From the NCBI GenBank assembly GCA_963665235.2, contig CAXXLX010000001.1, positions 704,001-768,000 of the forward strand: DNA of 64,000 nt, given 5' to 3'. The stretch is from Candidatus Poribacteria bacterium (lineage in GTDB: Bacteria > Poribacteria > WGA-4E > WGA-3G). Below, in pieces: positions 61,070 through 64,000 of the stretch. Position 1 is the first letter of the stretch, and each line of letters opens with the position of its first letter. The notes beneath the pieces are model-generated. The model had not been told where the DNA came from. It ran no database searches and saw nothing but the letters and a program-made list of their open reading frames with translations. Position numbers and translations under genes: made by a program.

Positions 61070-64000
61070 TAAAAGTACTATTTTCCCTTCTAGCGTGTTG
61101 AAATAGGTGTCCAATCCCTGTCGAAATTCTTCGGGTAATACGCGTCCCGCCTTACCTATTGCCTGTTTGGGTGAACGTTTTTCAATAAAAGCTTCTCCGC
61201 TGTCATCACCCTCTCCGGTGAGCCCTAATGCGGCGGCTAATGCTGCGAGTGCTTGCGCGCCACCGCCGGGTGCCCCACCGCCGCCGCCACCGCCGGGTGT
61301 ATTCGGGAGGCGTCGCGTTTCAAGGAGGATTTCAATCACTTCCGAAATAGCGGCGATTGCCTCCGGTCCGGTGTCAGGTCTTGCGAGGATTGATTCAGCT
61401 TCGTCCATAACTTCAGCGGCTCTGCTAACCTTTACAAATTGCCCTTGAATCAGCGGTTCATGTGCGTTCGGCAATAGACTGATTTCGCGTGCTATTTCGA
61501 GGGTATCCTCTGCAAGCTCGTATTGCGTATCGCTTAAGGCATCGCTTCGTTCAAAATATGTATCCGCATTGAGTGCCTCTTTTGCGTGTTCAAGCTCGCG
61601 CGTCTCTTCGCGTAATTGAATTTCGCGATTGAGAACGCGCAACACCTTTAGGATAATTTCTGGGGGTAGGTTCGGCAGATTGACGAGCCCCCCCTGTCCT
61701 GGCTGTCCTTCTGGTAGCGGTCCGACCAGTTGTTCTGCCCAGCGGTCAAGCATATCCGCCAAATATTCCGCCTCTATAGTCGATTGTCCGACAAAATTCC
61801 TGCTAATTGCGTTGGCAAGGTCTCGCATCTGGGTGGCGACAGAGGCATCTTCCATCTCTGCAAGGACACGCAAGTAGTTTGGAGAGGGACGGCGGTCGGT
61901 ATATGCTGACATATCCTGGATAATAGTATTCACTTTTTTCAATTCTGCCGTCTCAAGTTCACCTAAACGTTTCCGTGCGTCCTGATTGTCCGCTGCGTTA
62001 TTTGCGAGACCGAAGCTGTCCAAATTGTTAAGGTCTACCGCAATATCAATCTGTTTTCGGGAGGCGGCTTTCAGCCGTTTGACGAACGTGCTGTTTTCAA
62101 ACCCGACGAGTAGTCTTTTCATCTCATCCGATAACTTAGCAAAGGCATCGAGCAATTCCTGCTGTTCTTCGACAGCTTCTATTACAAGCTCGGATGCCTG
62201 TGGGGTTTCCGTGTCCTGATTCTGGTCTTGGTCGTCCCTGCCGCTTCCTTTTAGGGTAGTGGTCGGAATACTCATTCCGCCGACAATCTGCGGGGGTTGT
62301 CCGCCCGCGGGTTTATCTGCTTTGTTAAATCCTGATTCAACATCTCCTACGCCGGGTGTGGGATTCTTCGGTGAAAACCCCGGTTTTCCCTCTGTTGGCG
62401 GTTTACTCCGGTCCACGCCTGCTCCCTCCCCTTGTTCGTTCGGATCATCGGGTGTTTCATCTGCTGTTTCCGGAATGTTTTTTCCTTCCGGACCATATTT
62501 CTTGATATCATCCTCTGAGCCGCTGGATGCGTTATCTGATTTGCCGGCTGCTGCTGGCTGCTGACTATCAGTTTCTGAAGAGCTCGGATTTTGCTGACTA
62601 CTCCCTTCCGACTGTTGGCTGCTACTCTGGCCCGGGGCTTCAGCTGCTTGGGCAAGTAGGTCCGCGACAGAGGGCATCCGCTTTTCTGCTATTTCCTCTA
62701 ACTGTTTGAGCATTTTAGCCCAGGATTGGAGTCGGTCCGGATCGAATTCATCGTTTTTGGCTGCTTCTTGGAGCAGTTCTCCTCCGGAATCGATGAGGCT
62801 CTCAAGTTTTGCTGCGTTAGCGCGTTCAGCCGCGGCTTGATTCTGTAGTTTTTTGCGCTGTGCGGGGTCATCAAGAGCTTCAGCCGGCAGGTCGCGCAGT
62901 TCACGATTAGTTTGATGTAGTTGCAATTCTTTATCGCGGACATCCTCCGCTGCGCCTGCCCAAAGTTGCATCTGTCCGATAAGCCATTTGAAGTGTTCAG
63001 CGGGTGTCAGCACATGTATTACAAGTTGAGGGGAATAGACGCGTTGACGGTTCGGGAAATAATCTTCCGCAAAAGCCCGCAAACGTAGGCTCTGGGGACG
63101 GACGTTTTCACGTTCTACAGAAAATGTGGCAGGAACAATCAGTGCTTCCGAAGTAGGCGTTCCAGATGATACGGTTTTTTCGCCGCTATCTGGGTTCGGA
63201 TTTTGGATAGGGTTCGGAATACCTTGCCATTCCAAACCGATGTGCTTCACGCCGAAATCATCGCCTGCTTGGAGCTCAAAGGCAAGGACTTCTGTAGAGA
63301 GAATAACCTGATTATGCTTTAGTCTGTTTATAGCGACCGTCGGTGCGACATCGTCTTCCACATCAAACTGTAGCACCTGCGGTTCGCTTGCCGTGAGGCC
63401 AAAGCGGTCTTTCCATGTGAGGTGCATCTCCGTCGTTGTGTCTACCGCTATTGGTTCTGTTATAACACGCGCGCCCGCCACCTGTTGTGGCTGATTGTTT
63501 AGCGTCGCCTCAGCGAGTTCGCGCGTTGTGGTAGCTTCTAACGTGGCAGTACTCCCCTTCACTAAATTGACTATTCCGCCGCGTACGTCTGCTATTTGCG
63601 GTTCATCCCGTTGGAGGTAGTCGGGCAGTTGCACCTTGGCAATGAGTTCTTTAAGTGCAGGTCTTAGCTTCGGTTCGATAGGAATTGCCCGGCGTGCGTC
63701 TCCGATGCGAAGTTTAACGCTGCCATCCTCTGTTTGGGGTGGTACTTGAAATTTGTAGGTCTCGTCCGCTCGGGTCGCAACTATAGGGGTCTGTTTTTCA
63801 TATCGTGCTTCCCCCGATTCAGGTTTCCAGGGTGAGTCATCTTTTAGTCGTGCTTCCACATCAAAAGGTTCAGCGTAGGCTACGACGCGAAGATCCGGTT
63901 CACCTTCCAATTGCGCGAAGGTGTAGCGTGACACGTCCCGCCAGGGAGTTAACCATCGCGCGAAGGTATTCCAGCTCGGCGCGGGAATCAGGAATGCCCC
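60884..64000 (-). CDS. Large coiled-coil hypothetical protein (5' end outside the window); C-terminus reads into the MITE
   Basis: ORF >1000 aa; AGDDFGVK and LPEEFRQGLDTYF motifs; last ~60 aa are encoded by family C sequence. Confidence 0.75.
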   Translation of the reverse strand, partial: GAFLIPAPSWNTFARWLTPWRDVSRYTFAQLEGEPDLRVVAYAEPFDVEARLKDDSPWKPESGEARYEKQTPIVATRADETYKFQVPPQTEDGSVKLRIGDARRAIPIEPKLRPALKELIAKVQLPDYLQRDEPQIADVRGGIVNLVKGSTATLEATTTRELAEATLNNQPQQVAGARVITEPIAVDTTTEMHLTWKDRFGLTASEPQVLQFDVEDDVAPTVAINRLKHNQVILSTEVLAFELQAGDDFGVKHIGLEWQGIPNPIQNPNPDSGEKTVSSGTPTSEALIVPATFSVERENVRPQSLRLRAFAEDYFPNRQRVYSPQLVIHVLTPAEHFKWLIGQMQLWAGAAEDVRDKELQLHQTNRELRDLPAEALDDPAQRKKLQNQAAAERANAAKLESLIDSGGELLQEAAKNDEFDPDRLQSWAKMLKQLEEIAEKRMPSVADLLAQAAEAPGQSSSQQSEGSSQQNPSSSETDSQQPAAAGKSDNASSGSEDDIKKYGPEGKNIPETADETPDDPNEQGEGAGVDRSKPPTEGKPGFSPKNPTPGVGDVESGFNKADKPAGGQPPQIVGGMSIPTTTLKGSGRDDQDQNQDTETPQASELVIEAVEEQQELLDAFAKLSDEMKRLLVGFENSTFVKRLKAASRKQIDIAVDLNNLDSFGLANNAADNQDARKRLGELETAELKKVNTIIQDMSAYTDRRPSPNYLRVLAEMEDASVATQMRDLANAISRNFVGQSTIEAEYLADMLDRWAEQLVGPLPEGQPGQGGLVNLPNLPPEIILKVLRVLNREIQLREETRELEHAKEALNADTYFERSDALSDTQYELAEDTLEIAREISLLPNAHEPLIQGQFVKVSRAAEVMDEAESILARPDTGPEAIAAISEVIEILLETRRLPNTPGGGGGGGAPGGGAQALAALAAALGLTGEGDDSGEAFIEKRSPKQAIGKAGRVLPEEFRQGLDTYFNTLEGKIVLLLNFGPILGRHNVLVKRIGGRVEEWKVEEGKRVLTRSRDRLSITILLLTANGFHKPMVSNIL

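Noticed and set aside
1-64000. tRNA, rRNA or riboswitch (e.g. cobalamin riboswitch near carH)
   Set aside because: No recognisable conserved motifs by eye; an Infernal/Rfam scan would be needed to exclude them

Overview
Bacterial window, most likely Candidatus Poribacteria. This is inferred from the ...VEPxGKxLVTLGQIKR / ...LTTTWANVK protein tails, the WD40+FlgD-Ig and YWTD/LDL-receptor-repeat paralogues, and planctomycete-like DUF1501/DUF1553 genes. Coding content: a carotenoid operon (idi, lycopene cyclase, two crtI-family genes) divergent from a B12-dependent CarH/LitR regulator; a BlaI/M56-headed DUF1501-FGE-PQQ-DUF1549/1553-cytochrome/WD40 operon; an orphan DNA methyltransferase followed by a decayed restriction-enzyme-like gene; an IS200/IS605 element (TnpA lacking its HUH histidines, TnpB with a rearranged RuvC) splitting a DUF5060/PKD/LamG gene; an IS630; and duplicated secreted repeat proteins. 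The most striking signal is non-coding. At least four MITE-like families occur, each with its own terminal inverted repeats (TIRs) and target duplication (3, 7, 9 and 7 bp). Three of them carry internal tandem arrays of REP-like hairpins. Two families with unrelated ends share one core, GTAG-CATAAWCT-TCC-AGWTTGTGC, with a compensatory base pair. Each locus homogenises its own linker (unit lengths 27, 30, 31, 32, 33 and 41 bp). The IS630 sits exactly in the loop of this hairpin, and related GTAG palindromes are inserted in-frame in proteins. All coordinates were read by eye; no database searches were run.
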